64,000 nucleotides of DNA from Lytechinus pictus (taxonomy: Eukaryota). Under the pieces are notes generated by a model. The model was not told where the DNA came from, ran no database searches, and saw only the letters and a list, made by a program, of their open reading frames with translations. The stretch is taken from positions 11,472,001 to 11,536,000 of the forward strand of contig NC_087252.1 of NCBI RefSeq assembly GCF_037042905.1. Reading direction: 5' to 3'. Positions 1-11,875 of the stretch are shown one piece after another. Position numbers and translations under genes: made by a program. The first letter of the stretch is position 1. Every line of letters starts with the position of its first letter.

Positions 1-709
1 TACTAGCTATCCTTTCAGGACAATCATCAACTGACACCTCATATACCAATCCACGTTTATTGGACATACCCTCTACCTTTGTGTCAAAGCTTTCCAACAA
101 ATCTGAGGCATAATCTCTGATCTCTAAAAATGTTTTATCAGGATTAGCCAATCGGATACGCCGTAACTCTAGGCGTATGCTATTGCTACGTGCACCAGCC
201 ACAAACTTGTCAATAAGGGCAGAATCCCTAAGGCCTTTGTGTGCCTCTTTTTCCCTATCTGGTGCTACATCTATGATAGCATCATACATGCACATTAAAG
301 CCCTTGAAAACTCATCCAAAGACTCCCCCTCCTTCTGAACTCTTTCATGAAATCTCTTCTTGAGGGTTTGAGTAGTATCTTTAGATCCAAAATGACGTGT
401 TAACAAAGAAAGCAAAGTATCTAGATCATCTGAAGAGACAGAGTGACATCTGATTTCCTGGCGTGCAGCCCCATCTAAATGATTCAAAATAACTTGGGCT
501 TTCTGTGTTATGGGAATCTCACATTGATCACAAAAAATATCCACTTCTTCCAACCATTGCGATAATGTTAAATCTCCCACAGAAGTTTTACCTGAAAATC
601 GTGGTAATTTGGGGGCACGCAGATGTGTCACTCTACCTCCTTGCACATTTAAGGCATTAGTAATACCTGTTATCAATTTGTCAACTAACTCATCAGAACT
701 TTCAGCCAT
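1..709 (-). mobile_element. gag: Ty3/Gypsy-like LTR retrotransposon gag (capsid/PNMA-like) ORF, runs off the left edge
   Basis: ATG at 709. Manual translation gives 236 open codons to the edge: MAESSDELVDKLITG...APKLPRFSGKTSVGDLTLSQWLEEVDIFC...LDGAARQEI...RHFG...RFHERVQKEGESLDEFSRAL...DKFVAG...LELRR. It contains the gypsy capsid motifs (P-x-F-S-G, W, the Q-x-x-G-E-S major homology region, F-x-x-G). It is absent from the ORF track because there is no stop in the window. Confidence 0.8.
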
Positions 710-1963
710 CTTGATCACTGGATTAAAGTATTCAAAACTAAAATTTTTGAACAGACTAGTCACCACTCAAAATGTCATATTGCATATTGTTTCAAAGTCT
801 TCTGGTAATGATGCGGTTGTCATTTCTCAAAATAATCTTCTTGTTCTTCAGATTCATGTACACTCACTTCTAAATTGATGTGACTTGTAAAAAAAATCAA
901 TCATGCCATTCTATAGTAGAGTCTCCTCCATTTATTCTGCATCAGAAAGATGATTAAAGCTTCAATGTAACACAAAATTGCAAACTCAAAACAGTACTTC
1001 TAGGTCTAGATTTACTCACGCACGCAGTGTTGAACCTCGTTCAATGGGGTCAAATACCATTTTTATCTTCCCTAAATATCCACGCTACTCTCTAGATGAC
1101 GAAACAGCTAGGACAGCTCAAACAAATTCTGCTGGGCTCCTCAGTCAGCAAATGCTTTTCACAGAACGAAGAATTTACTCTCAGTCTCAAAAAGAAGTAG
1201 TAAACATCACCGGTATTCCGTAACTGCAACTTCCAGTTCCACCTTAGATAGTTGATATTGCAGACACAGAGGATAGATGTGACTGTACCACTTGACTAGC
1301 CTGGAGGCTTCTCCACTTCAGCTACAGCACCATCTGACATGTTGTCATGACTCTTTAGTAACGCAGTGCATGCAGGAGCGATAAATAGTCACTATATGCC
1401 TTCCATAAAAGCATTCTATCCTCACTAGTTATCCGAGTTGTATGGACACAGTAGCAGTTTCTTGTATATTCCCATATTTGTTGCAATCATGGAGACAGAA
1501 CACCAATGCCATTGTACTGAAGAAACATTGTCTGAAAACAAGGAGTTTTTATCCAGTTTCTAATTCTAGAACCCCATCCGTACTACCAGTTGAAATAGAC
1601 GGGGAACAAAATAACGATACAGATCAGAAAGTTATTTTGATATTCACTTTATTCAGCTTTTAACTCCAATATAGTCTTCAGACTTTACAAGAACCGAGTT
1701 CACATACAACTACATGTACAAGAGCATGAAGAGTCAACTGCCAGGTTACTTAGCATGGTACATATGTTGTCTACTCTCTCAATACATACATGTATCAATG
1801 GTCCTGTTCAGGACACGCCTCATATAAACCAAACCAAGAATGTTTCTATTCATAAGCACCTTGCCTGGTGCTGGCATACAATACAGGCATACAATACAAT
1901 TCACTTCAGGCTCTACATGTATGCCCAAGAGTTATGCCTGCACCTGTTATTCATATCACTACA
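710..1963 (-). mobile_element. Putative 5' LTR and leader of the gypsy element
   Basis: The minus strand begins TGTAGTG at 1963, exactly where a known MITE family resumes mid-element. The inner LTR boundary and the PBS were not identified. Confidence 0.4.
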
Positions 1964-2184
1964 CAATAAAAAAAGAAATAGTGAGTGATGGACATCATCA
2001 ACTGTCTCATTTGCATGTCTTTGAGATGTACATAGAACTGTTTTGCAAAAAATAAGCAAATATTTAAATTGTCATAACTTTCTTATTTTACATCCGATTT
2101 TGATGAAATCGTTAGCGTTTTGCTAGTTTGATTTTTCTCTCTTTATTAAAATTATCGTTTTTCTGGGGTGGACTTAAGTTTTAA
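1964..2184. mobile_element. Right half of a TTAA-flanked MITE (family A, Kolobok/T2-like)
   Basis: Matches the 3' part of the copies at 19839-20427 and 52544-53149, and ends ggggtggacttaagttttaa. Confidence 0.65.
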
Positions 2185-2318
2185 GGATTATTTCCCGAAG
2201 AGCAATTGTCATCAAAACAAATGTCATGAAACTGTTCATCGGCTCATTTGAGTCACATTTATTATTATTCATATGACCGTCTGGAAATTATAATTTTCTT
2301 TTCACCATTTAAGCATAA

Positions 2319-4611
2319 GGGCGATTCCATACGTGTCGTACGGGACATTTAGAGAACATTTGACAGTTTTTTGACAAGAAAAACAAAATATATTCCAGTA
2401 ACTAACGGTGATCATCAAGTACTACCAGAGTGTTAGGAAAACCAATTCACATCCTGTATGATACAGATTTAAAATAGTAATGTGTCGTACGGACCCAGAA
2501 AAAGTGTTTTTTTTAGAAACCTCAAGTTTGTACTCTAAAGTCTGTGAGTTGGACAGATAATTTTCATAGAAACTGAACTCAAATTGATATTCAATTACCC
2601 AAGAACAAACACATCTATGAAAGAAAGCAAAATAAACATTCATGAATAAATAAAGCAAATTACAATTTTCGAGAACATTGTGGCGTACGGGACACTCAAA
2701 ATGTGTCGTACGGGACATCTCTAAATAGAAGCCAATCTTTCTTACTTTATGTCTCTTTGACTTCTTCCATCACTTTATTTGGCTGATGATAATCCTATCA
2801 AACTAAACACATTCATTATGTTGGAAACCGCTTTTGGCTAAATATATCTGTCAATATATCATAAACAAAATAATGTGTCGTACGGGACACTTGTATATCG
2901 TACGGGACACATCTGTGTCGTACGGGACACTTGTGTGTTGTACTGGACAGCCTGAATAAAACAATTAACTTTTTATCAATCAGAAGGGGAGCATTGCCCC
3001 TAAATTCTTCCTTTTAATGAAAAGCCTTTTAATAAGTAGTCATCCAGGACAATAATAATTAAGTGACCTCAATATATACAATCGGGAGCAATATATTATT
3101 TATTTTTTCATGATGGGAAATGTACAATGGTTCACAACATTTTTACGAGCTGAAAAACTTGAGGTTTTGTGTGAAGTTATATTTAGTGAATGAATTGATG
3201 ATTTCTAATATACTATTTAAACAATGAATGAATGAAATGTTTGTGTAAATTATGGAACTACAATGTTATGATTTTTCATACAAAATGTATATATACATGA
3301 TATATGTCACTACTGTCACTTGAAATTCCACAAAATATTTTTTTTCTAAAAAAATGCGTTTCTACTTTTTCAAAAGTTCTGCATTTCATGATACCATATG
3401 GTTTGTCTTATTTTCCAGATTTTTGGAACAACATGGTTTGTCTTTTTTCCAGATTTTTTTTACAACTTGAAAAAAGTAAGGAGTTTCATTACTGTATATA
3501 AAAAAATTAGTGATCATCAAGGGAAGTCCAAATAGATGATTGATAGGTAAATATTTTGTTTTACATCTTATAATAATTTCACATTAGCATGCAAGAGGAA
3601 GTCATCTTCCAGGCTAGGGTGAATCAATAACAAAGGTTTTTTCTTTCATGTGTGTATTTGAGTTTGTCAGACGTGTATCAATCAGATATGATTATTTACG
3701 TCTGGGACCGACCTTTAACGTCACCATCCGAAAGACGTGACCAGGGCTCGAACCTCTGCATCAATTTGTAACTTCCCCACAGCTTGGATTACAGGCGCAC
3801 GCCACAACGCCCAGTCATGTTCAATGACAAAGAAATTAACCTGCTCTGACCTGCTCTGACCAGTTTAGCTGAAGGGATTCACAAAAGAATACGCCTACAT
3901 GAAGTCAATTATAATGGTTAGAATCACCTATTTAATGTTCTATGGAGATAAAAAAAAAAGTACTTTTTCAGTTCACTTTATGTCAAATCAATTACTTATA
4001 TTAAAATAGGCCTACTATTTATAGTTTCTGAATTCAAATCCTGCAATTAAATGCAGTTTATACTGTGTGTCGTACGGGACAACTTTTAATAGGACAATTA
4101 TTGGAAAATCAAGGGCAGTAATTAGATCCTTATGGGATAAATCGATCACCCACGGGTCAAAGATAGATAAACTGATATTGTGAAATTGCATCATCAAAAA
4201 TAAAATTGTAGGAAAAACCTTTGCATTTTCATGTGTCGTACGGGACATTGCCAAAAATAGGTTCGGAAAATTCAGGGCTGCCCCCATTATGGATCATGAA
4301 AATGTTGTAGATATTATTTGGAACCATCAATGATAGATTATTCCATTGACCTGCAATATTTTCAATCTTCCCGTGCTTTGCCAATAATCGTTTCAGGCAG
4401 TGTTTGTACTTGACTATTTATTTAGCAAATTTATTGAAAATTGAAAATTCAATTGTTTCCCTAAAAAAAAACTATATCTGACTTCCTTTTTGGTTAAAAC
4501 TCACAATTTTCATGAAATTTAGGTATCATAGTAAAATATTACGCTACTTATGACTTATTGAAAGCATGTTGAAATTTATGATATTTTTGAAGTTTTAGTG
4601 TGGAATCGCCC
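2319..4611. mobile_element. Non-autonomous DNA transposon, Sola2-like (GGG terminus, 4-bp TSD)
   Basis: TIRs GGGCGATTCCA(T/C)AC at 2319 and 4611. Perfect ATAA duplication at 2315-2318 and 4612-4615. About 10 internal same-orientation TGTGTCGTACGGGACA motifs. Confidence 0.75.
3652..3815 (-). mobile_element. SINE with a 7SL RNA (Alu-domain)-like head
   Basis: 5' end ACTGGGCGTTGTGGCGTGCGCCTGTAATCCAAGCT, B-box-like GGTTCGAGCCC, (CA)n tail and flanking (T)CATGT duplication. A second 5'-truncated copy lies at 53151-53262. Confidence 0.7.
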
Positions 4612-5509
4612 ATAAGGAAAGGCAAAATAAATGAAATAAACAATGTAAACACAGTTTATACACATTTTTTAAAATACATTTTTGGCTTCTTGTAATATTA
4701 GCCCAAAGTTATCCATTCTGGTCACACTTAACCCAGACTTGAATTATTCACATATTCATTATTTTAATTATGTTCATTTTTATACGCAAATCCATAATTG
4801 TAAATGATGTTCTTGTTGAGCATGTTGAGACTCTCATACTCCCGATCGGGGTCGATAGAGTTTAATAAAATATTATCTTATACGGGACGTAAACAGAAAT
4901 ATATGTAACTTACATTTCAGTAAAATCGATTACATATTCTCGATATACCATTTTTTGTTTGCGAAAAATACGGGGCTTAGGATTTAAATGCTGGGTGCTC
5001 GTACATGTAACAACATGAATTCAAAATAAATTTACAGGCAATATTTCGCAATTCGTATAGTAGTACACCATGTCTTTATTAAAGATCAAGTATAAAAAGA
5101 ACCAGGCGCGTCAACCTGTTATAGGTTAGCCGGCAGGATGAATTTACATTATAAGAGCATAAAAGTATCACAGTTCATTATACGTTACAATCACAATACA
5201 TTGTTAGATTACTGTTCGATACAGAATACACGATAATTAGATATCAATATGAATACAATACAAATAAATTGATACACGTATAAGTACCGAGCAGTATGAT
5301 AGAGAGCGGGGGGGGGAAGAGAGATATAGAGAAACATAGGGAAAGAAGAGGGGCGAGGAGGGAGGGAGAGAAAGAAACGAAAGGACGGGGGGGGGGGGAT
5401 ACAACAATACTACCGTAACTTGTATACGAACATGATCTTGGGTACAATGTTTTTTAACTAAATTTCTTCCAAGAATTGCGCGAATTTATTCACGCATGTT
5501 GGTTTAATA

Positions 5510-6024
5510 TTAAAGGGGAAGTTAACACTGGCAAAAAGTATTTTTTTGTAAAAATAGCATAAAAATAATAAAAAAAAATATTGGTGAAAGTTTTAGAAAA
5601 TCCATCAAAGAATAAGAAAAGTTATTTGATTCTTAATTATTTGATTTGTGACGTCATATAGGAGCAGCCCTCGTACATATCGTATGGTAAAAAAACCAAT
5701 GAAATGTCACTTTCTCAGAAAATTGAAAATGATTTTACTGTACATTCAGTATGTTAATAGACAAATCATTTCACATGATTCCTAAAGAGAACACTAAAAT
5801 AATATAAGTCCTCACGAACCATTAAAAAATTGAAATTTATGCATTTTATATTTCATAACACAGGGGGCAGCTGCTCGTTTATGATGTCACAAATCCAAAA
5901 CTTAAAATTCGAATAACTTTCTTAATCATTAATGGATTTTCCTCAAACCTTCATCAATATTTCTTTTTATTATATTCTGCTATTTTTGCAACAATCTTTC
6001 CTTCAGGGTCAACTTCCCCTTTAA
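5510..6024. mobile_element. TTAA-flanked MITE (family B, Kolobok/T2-like)
   Basis: TTAA-AGGGGAAGTT...AACTTCCCCT-TTAA with long imperfect inverted arms. Homologous to 29174-29670. Confidence 0.75.
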
Positions 6025-9000
6025 GAAATGAGTTTTAAACATGGATTGATATATTCAAATGGATAAACTATCTGCTAATGAACAGGGAATTTATTTAAAA
6101 TTAAATGATCATATGATTCCACTGTATTGATATATTGATGATAATAACTATACAAATCTATTATACTTTCATGTATTGATCAATGATGTTTTTTTAATTA
6201 CATTAGTCATTAGGCACACGTATTCACAATGCCCAAGGTGGTATATATTTGATATTTCGGAAATAGTTAAGTGGAACATATTCAATTCAATTCGGTTTAT
6301 TAGATGTAAAACAGAATACAATGCTGTAGTCCGAAGACTAATTGTGCAATGTTTACATTGATTATTATTTACATTTGAAGATTGTATATACACTTAAAAA
6401 ATTATTCACATATAAATGAGAAACAGTTGGTTGATTGAGTCATGCATAAGTGAGATTTCAGTAGATATTACTAGCATGGGATTCTGATAATTGTGTATTG
6501 GGGAAAAACCTGTTTTAAACTTACAATTATACAACAAAAAGGTCAGAAATATAATTCAGATTTGATATTCATTATGAAGAGATTTAGAATCAAGTTATTG
6601 CAACAGGATTAATCATAGTTATAGAACATTTAAATAATAATAATAACCTTTGAGATATGAAATCCATTAGGAATGGAACCGAGATTACTTTGAGATATGG
6701 GATTGAGGCTGATAAAATAATTCATAATAATTCTAAAGAAAATCAAAATTTACCATTAATGAGAACAAATACATGTATATAAATAAAATAAATTATTCAT
6801 ATAGCTAAACATTTACAACTGAGCATTGACCAGTTTGACAAGTGAGGGTACACTTGATTTCCTATATCGTTCAGTTCTAGTATAAGGAAGGTCCAAGTGA
6901 TGGGAATTCCTCAGTCTACCTCGCGAGACATGCTGCCGTTCAGCAGGTAGCAAATATATAATTCAATTAAAAGGCAAAGGGGTGCCAGACACATAAAAAT
7001 CCAATTTCTGATAAGAAATTATATAATAATAATCATAAAAATCCAAGTCCACCCGGCCTACACATACAAGTTGGTTGGAACATCGAAAATCAAATCAGCA
7101 TAACACTGAAAATTTCATCTGAATTACAAGTAAAACAAGAAAATTATGATTACTTCAAAATTTCTTTAATTTTCAGATGCTCACTTTCGTCGGTTTGCAA
7201 ATGAGGGATTCGATGGTGTCACACACTATTTATTTTGCAGTCTATGATATGAAACATTGAACATTTCTTCGTTTTTTCACATGTAGATATGATGAAAAAT
7301 AATGACGGTCATGCAGTTTTCATGGCATTTCAAATTACCTTTCGTGTTGTATCATAAAATCTCATAAAAGTGAAAACTTTTCGCCCCCTAAGAAGGTACG
7401 ATATTCAACAACTTGAACTTGATGTCTCCATTTTACCACCAGACTACATTCTTCTCTCAAACTCTTACACTTTAACTGGAACTATTGGACAATTTATTTC
7501 CCTGATGGTGAGAATACTAAAAGTTTTCATTAAATTTAGTCACAGATTTTAAATTCGTAAAAAAAATAAAATAATTTCTGAACAAGATATGATTTCTGTG
7601 ATCATTCAATTCCCTTAACTTTAGATTTATGCAATTTTTGTTTACTAAATAATTTTGTATCAGATTGATCCATGGAATGATCTTGCCAAATGTATTAATA
7701 AGTTCTATTCAATTGGTTACATGTAAAAACGATAGATATTTACTATGATAGCCAAATTCTAAATTCAAGTAAAATTTTATGAATTTTTAGATAAATTATG
7801 TATCCAAACTGATCTATTTCTTTATATACTGTAAAAGGCATATGATACACAAATTCCAGTATTTTATTTATACTCGAGTGTTTTCTTATACACAAATGAA
7901 TTCGATTTAAAAAAGCAATCAATATTCACTTTTTATCAAACCCATATATTTGATTCTTAACTGGAATGAATCACATGCCTATTTTGATTTAATGTTAGGC
8001 TTATAAATAGAAACATTTTTTTTAGCAAGATCCTTCAAATTCTACAAAAGTATATTTTTGTTTATTGAATCAGATAATTTTCTTTAGGTATTTATTTGTC
8101 TTAAATTGGTGTCTCAAATGTACATAGATTGAAATATAGTTACGATTTGTCAATATGGATCAAGTGATTACAATTATTGTGCAATATATCAAAATTATAA
8201 TTTTCTCAGCTCAGTATTGAATCTGAATGTATTTTAATACTTTGATATTACAGATGTTTAAATATTTAAATTTTGTCAATTTCTAAATCTGAAAATAATG
8301 TGAACTAAGTGCAATATATGAAATTGTAAAACTAAAGGAGATTATGACAAACTAAATTTTTGAAATGTTTCATTTGTATACCTTAATGCTCAAAATTATT
8401 TCAATTTTAATCACTGTATATTTATTGAAGTTTTATCAATGATATTGCACAAAGTCAGACTTAGTTAAATGTTCAATTTAAATAATTTCTTATCATTTTT
8501 AGACTATAGAAGTTTCATCAGATTGTAATTTTACAAATTATACAAAATGAGTCTTTTTTATTTGTATTACTCAGTAGTTTATTTTCCAACTTGATAATTT
8601 TTGTTACAGTTTGATAGTTTTAATCTTTAAATGTGTCCAAATCATTGAATGTGTCTGCTAAGAATATTTTTTATGTATTTAAAAAATTGAGGACAATTTT
8701 TTTGAAAGAAGGATGTTTATGTAGGACTGTTATTTTGACATTTGGTTTCCTTCAATAGTTTTAGTTATTTACAGTTCAAGCTTTGGTATTTAGTTCAGCT
8801 TTGTTTACATTCTTCATGCTTCTGTTGTCATCCATTTACATTTGACTTTCAACCTGCTTCTTCTGTCATTCCTTTCCTATTCAGATGTGTTCATTCATTA
8901 CATTCCCACATCTGATTCTTTTGTTCAACATTCTTATTATGTAATCATCCCAACATCTTATTCATCTCCATCCTCCATCTCTATTGGTTATTTTTATGAA

Positions 9001-9399
9001 TTAGACTTTTCCACTTTCAGTTGGCTTCTCCATTCTCTTTATTTTCATTGGTTGATTGTGTGTAATGTCATGAGTTTTACCGAGGCAAGGAAGCCCAGAA
9101 GATATAGCAGTGCACGACCAGACTTCATCGAGTTAAGTTCATTATTTTGTTCCCGTGTCTTCATAGTTAAGTTCTTCTCATCTCCGTTTGCTTCCGTTTG
9201 ATGTGTATGATTGAGCTTGTGTTATTCCCATCTTCAGTTAAACATTTATTTTCCCCTTAAGACTTGTATTATTTTCAACCCTACATATTCTTATCAAGTT
9301 TTTGTATGGATAAACTTGACATTCAATTCTGAAAATATGAAAAATCCAATCGTAACGAAAGTTAAATAAAAAATAATAAAATTAGAACTAGTGTTGTAA

Positions 9400-9510
9400 T
9401 ATGATAATAATGGTGATGATGATAATGATGACGCATCATGATGGCGATGGTGACGATCATGGTGGTGGTGATGATGGTGATGCTGGTGGTGGTGATGATG
9501 GTGATGCCGA
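9400..9510. repeat. (GAT/GGT)n microsatellite
   Basis: Degenerate trinucleotide run just 3' of the ABC gene stop codon. Confidence 0.8.
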
Positions 9511-9562
9511 TAAGAATAATATTAATTTTACAAAATATTGCCATTGCCGGGAATGGAAATTT

Positions 9563-11875
9563 TTACAGTTCAATCTGAGCATGCTTACATTTAATTTCAT
9601 GGTCACCGTTTTTCAACCACCGGAGTTGATGGCGTTGGAGGTGCGCATAAAGGCGATTGGCGCTCATGAGTTCTTGATGATCACCTTGCTCGACTACCAT
9701 ACCGTCATCAATGACCACGATGCGATCAGCCTTTTCCATGGTACTCAGACAATTAGTAACAATCACCACGGTAGGGCATCCCTTTTTTTCTAAGATGGCT
9801 TCCAAGACAAGATGTTCATTTTCAGCATCTAAAGCGCTAGTGGCGCCATCGAGAAGTAATATCTGGGGGTTCCTCACCAAGGCTCTGGCTATGGCCACTC
9901 GTTGTTTCTGACCTCCTGACAATCGAAAACCCTTCTCGCCAGCTTCCGTCTCGTAACCCTTCTTAAGACCAACAATGAAGTCATGGATGTTGGCCAGTTT
10001 TGCTGCGTTGTGGATGCGCTCCAAGCTGCAATTCTCAAGGCCGTGAGAAATGTTGTCTTTGATGGTTTTTGCATAAACAACGGGTTCTTGTCCAACGAAG
10101 GCAGTCTTTTTATTAAGATAGAAATCGGTATACTGATTGATGTTATTTCCGTCTAATAGAATCTCCCCCGATGTACAATCATAAAAATGTTTGATAAGCT
10201 CGATGCAAGAACTTTTCCCTCCACCACTTGGACCAACAATGGCCAACATTTTTCCTGGAGACGCAGTAAAGTTTATATTCCTCAGGACCGGGATAGATTG
10301 ACTGGCTGGATAAGCAAACGTGACATCTTTAAACTCCAACTGGCCGTCGAACTCTTCTGGCATCAGACTACCTTTTTTTGCAGACGAATGAGTTAAATCG
10401 ATCAGTTCAAACACTTTTCTGGAGGCTCCTGCCGCTCTCATAATATGAGAAAATCCATTAAACATCGTCGCGATGTTGTTTCCGATTTGCCTCTGGTACA
10501 ACACAAAAGAGACGAATGTTCCTCCACTCATCTTTCCAAATAAAACAAGATGGCTTCCATAAAAGAGGGCCAGTATAAACGCCACCAGCTTACTAGTCGA
10601 GACTACCACCTGTAGTGTACCTACGGCTACTGCCTCTTTCATACGCAGGTGATAAACAGAGTCTAACTTATCACTATAGGTACTTTTACCGTTCTTTTCG
10701 GTATCAAAGCATCGAAAAGTCTTTATATTGGAGATGATCTCTTCGGCTATGATGTTGGCCAAGGCCAGAGCGCTTTGGACCTTCCTCGCCAGCTTATCAT
10801 AGTAAGTTCCGACGAGGTCTGTGATGACTGCTAGGAACACTAAATTAAGGATAATGATGACAGAGAGCCGCCATGAGAGGATGACCATAGCTACGGTGCT
10901 GAAAACAATATTGAAGATCTTCAAGGTAGATATCCTGAAGCTTTGCCCGAGAGAATTACTCATGGTGGTTGTGTCGAGAGACAGACGTGAGAGTATCGCT
11001 CCTGTACTATTTTCATCAAAGAATGTAATATCCTGCTTTATGATGGAATCAAAAAGACAATTATTGATGCGGCGATTGAGTCTTGCCATTGCTAAATTTA
11101 ATAATCCAATCCGAAGACCAACGCATATTGTTGTAAAAAGTGAGATCAGGATCAGCAGGACTATGGCTTTGTGGAATTCTGACTGATTACCAGCAAGCAC
11201 CCCATCAACGGCTTGACCAATCCAGAATGGAACAAAGGAATTACCAACAGAAAAGCATGCAATAGAAATAATTCCTCCCAATAGGAACAGCCAGTCGGGT
11301 TTAGCGTAGGACATCAATCGAACAAACACCGCTTGCCATTTGACATAGTTCTTCACTTTTTCCAACTCTCCGCCATGAATGGCATGATCATCTTTGATGT
11401 CCCTACTTCCTTCGATTCCTTCCTTCTCTCCGCTATTAGAATACAGTGGCTCTTTCAGAATGTGTATCCATATGACGTACATGATCAATGAGGCCACCAT
11501 TGTCCAAGCTCCAAAAGTTAAGAACCAAGGATCATCATCATGGTTGCCATCCAGGTATTCAGTATATAACATGATTTTTGCCAAAGTGTAGAGGACCACA
11601 AGTATGTTCATCACACCTACAGCGTATCTCATGTCCTTTATGAACGACAAAATCTCTTGGGGCTCCGTAATGACTCCTAAAGTTGCACTCGAGAGCATGA
11701 TCATTCTCAACATTGAGAACAGCCAAAACTCAAACATAGAGTGAACAAAGTTATAATTCAATAAATCCATTCCGAATCGTTTATATTGGTTCCAACGGAA
11801 GTAAAAGGAGAAGCCAAAGAAAACATCGGCAACGCTGAAGAAAATTATCAGCAGGAGGCGTGCATACGCTATCAT
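9563..11875 (-). CDS. ABCB9: Intronless ABCB9/TAPL-like half ABC transporter (TMD0-TMD-NBD), 770 aa, with degenerate catalytic motifs
   Basis: N-terminal hydrophobic TMD0 with ABCB9-like DPWF motif and a 6-TM core. Walker A GPSGGGKS, Q-loop VGQEP, signature LSGGQKQR, Walker B/D-loop LLLDGATSALD, switch VTNCLST. Single uninterrupted ORF. The symbol means ABCB9-like, not a proven orthologue. Confidence 0.88.
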   Translation of the reverse strand: MIAYARLLLIIFFSVADVFFGFSFYFRWNQYKRFGMDLLNYNFVHSMFEFWLFSMLRMIMLSSATLGVITEPQEILSFIKDMRYAVGVMNILVVLYTLAKIMLYTEYLDGNHDDDPWFLTFGAWTMVASLIMYVIWIHILKEPLYSNSGEKEGIEGSRDIKDDHAIHGGELEKVKNYVKWQAVFVRLMSYAKPDWLFLLGGIISIACFSVGNSFVPFWIGQAVDGVLAGNQSEFHKAIVLLILISLFTTICVGLRIGLLNLAMARLNRRINNCLFDSIIKQDITFFDENSTGAILSRLSLDTTTMSNSLGQSFRISTLKIFNIVFSTVAMVILSWRLSVIIILNLVFLAVITDLVGTYYDKLARKVQSALALANIIAEEIISNIKTFRCFDTEKNGKSTYSDKLDSVYHLRMKEAVAVGTLQVVVSTSKLVAFILALFYGSHLVLFGKMSGGTFVSFVLYQRQIGNNIATMFNGFSHIMRAAGASRKVFELIDLTHSSAKKGSLMPEEFDGQLEFKDVTFAYPASQSIPVLRNINFTASPGKMLAIVGPSGGGKSSCIELIKHFYDCTSGEILLDGNNINQYTDFYLNKKTAFVGQEPVVYAKTIKDNISHGLENCSLERIHNAAKLANIHDFIVGLKKGYETEAGEKGFRLSGGQKQRVAIARALVRNPQILLLDGATSALDAENEHLVLEAILEKKGCPTVVIVTNCLSTMEKADRIVVIDDGMVVEQGDHQELMSANRLYAHLQRHQLRWLKNGDHEIKCKHAQIEL

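Noticed and set aside
710..1750. Primer-binding site and inner LTR end of the gypsy element
   Set aside because: No convincing CA followed by TGG tRNA-complementary junction could be identified by eye.
3652..3815. A genuine 7SL RNA gene
   Set aside because: Only the first 45 or so nt resemble 7SL. There is no S domain, and it has a TSD and a dispersed second copy.
2333..4250. TGTGTCGTACGGGACA repeats as a CRISPR array
   Set aside because: The repeats are only 16 bp, spacing is irregular (about 20 bp to over 1 kb), they lie inside a TIR element in a eukaryotic context, and there are no cas genes.
9401..11591. Plus-strand ORFs over the ABC gene
   Set aside because: Antisense shadows and microsatellite translation with no domain signal.
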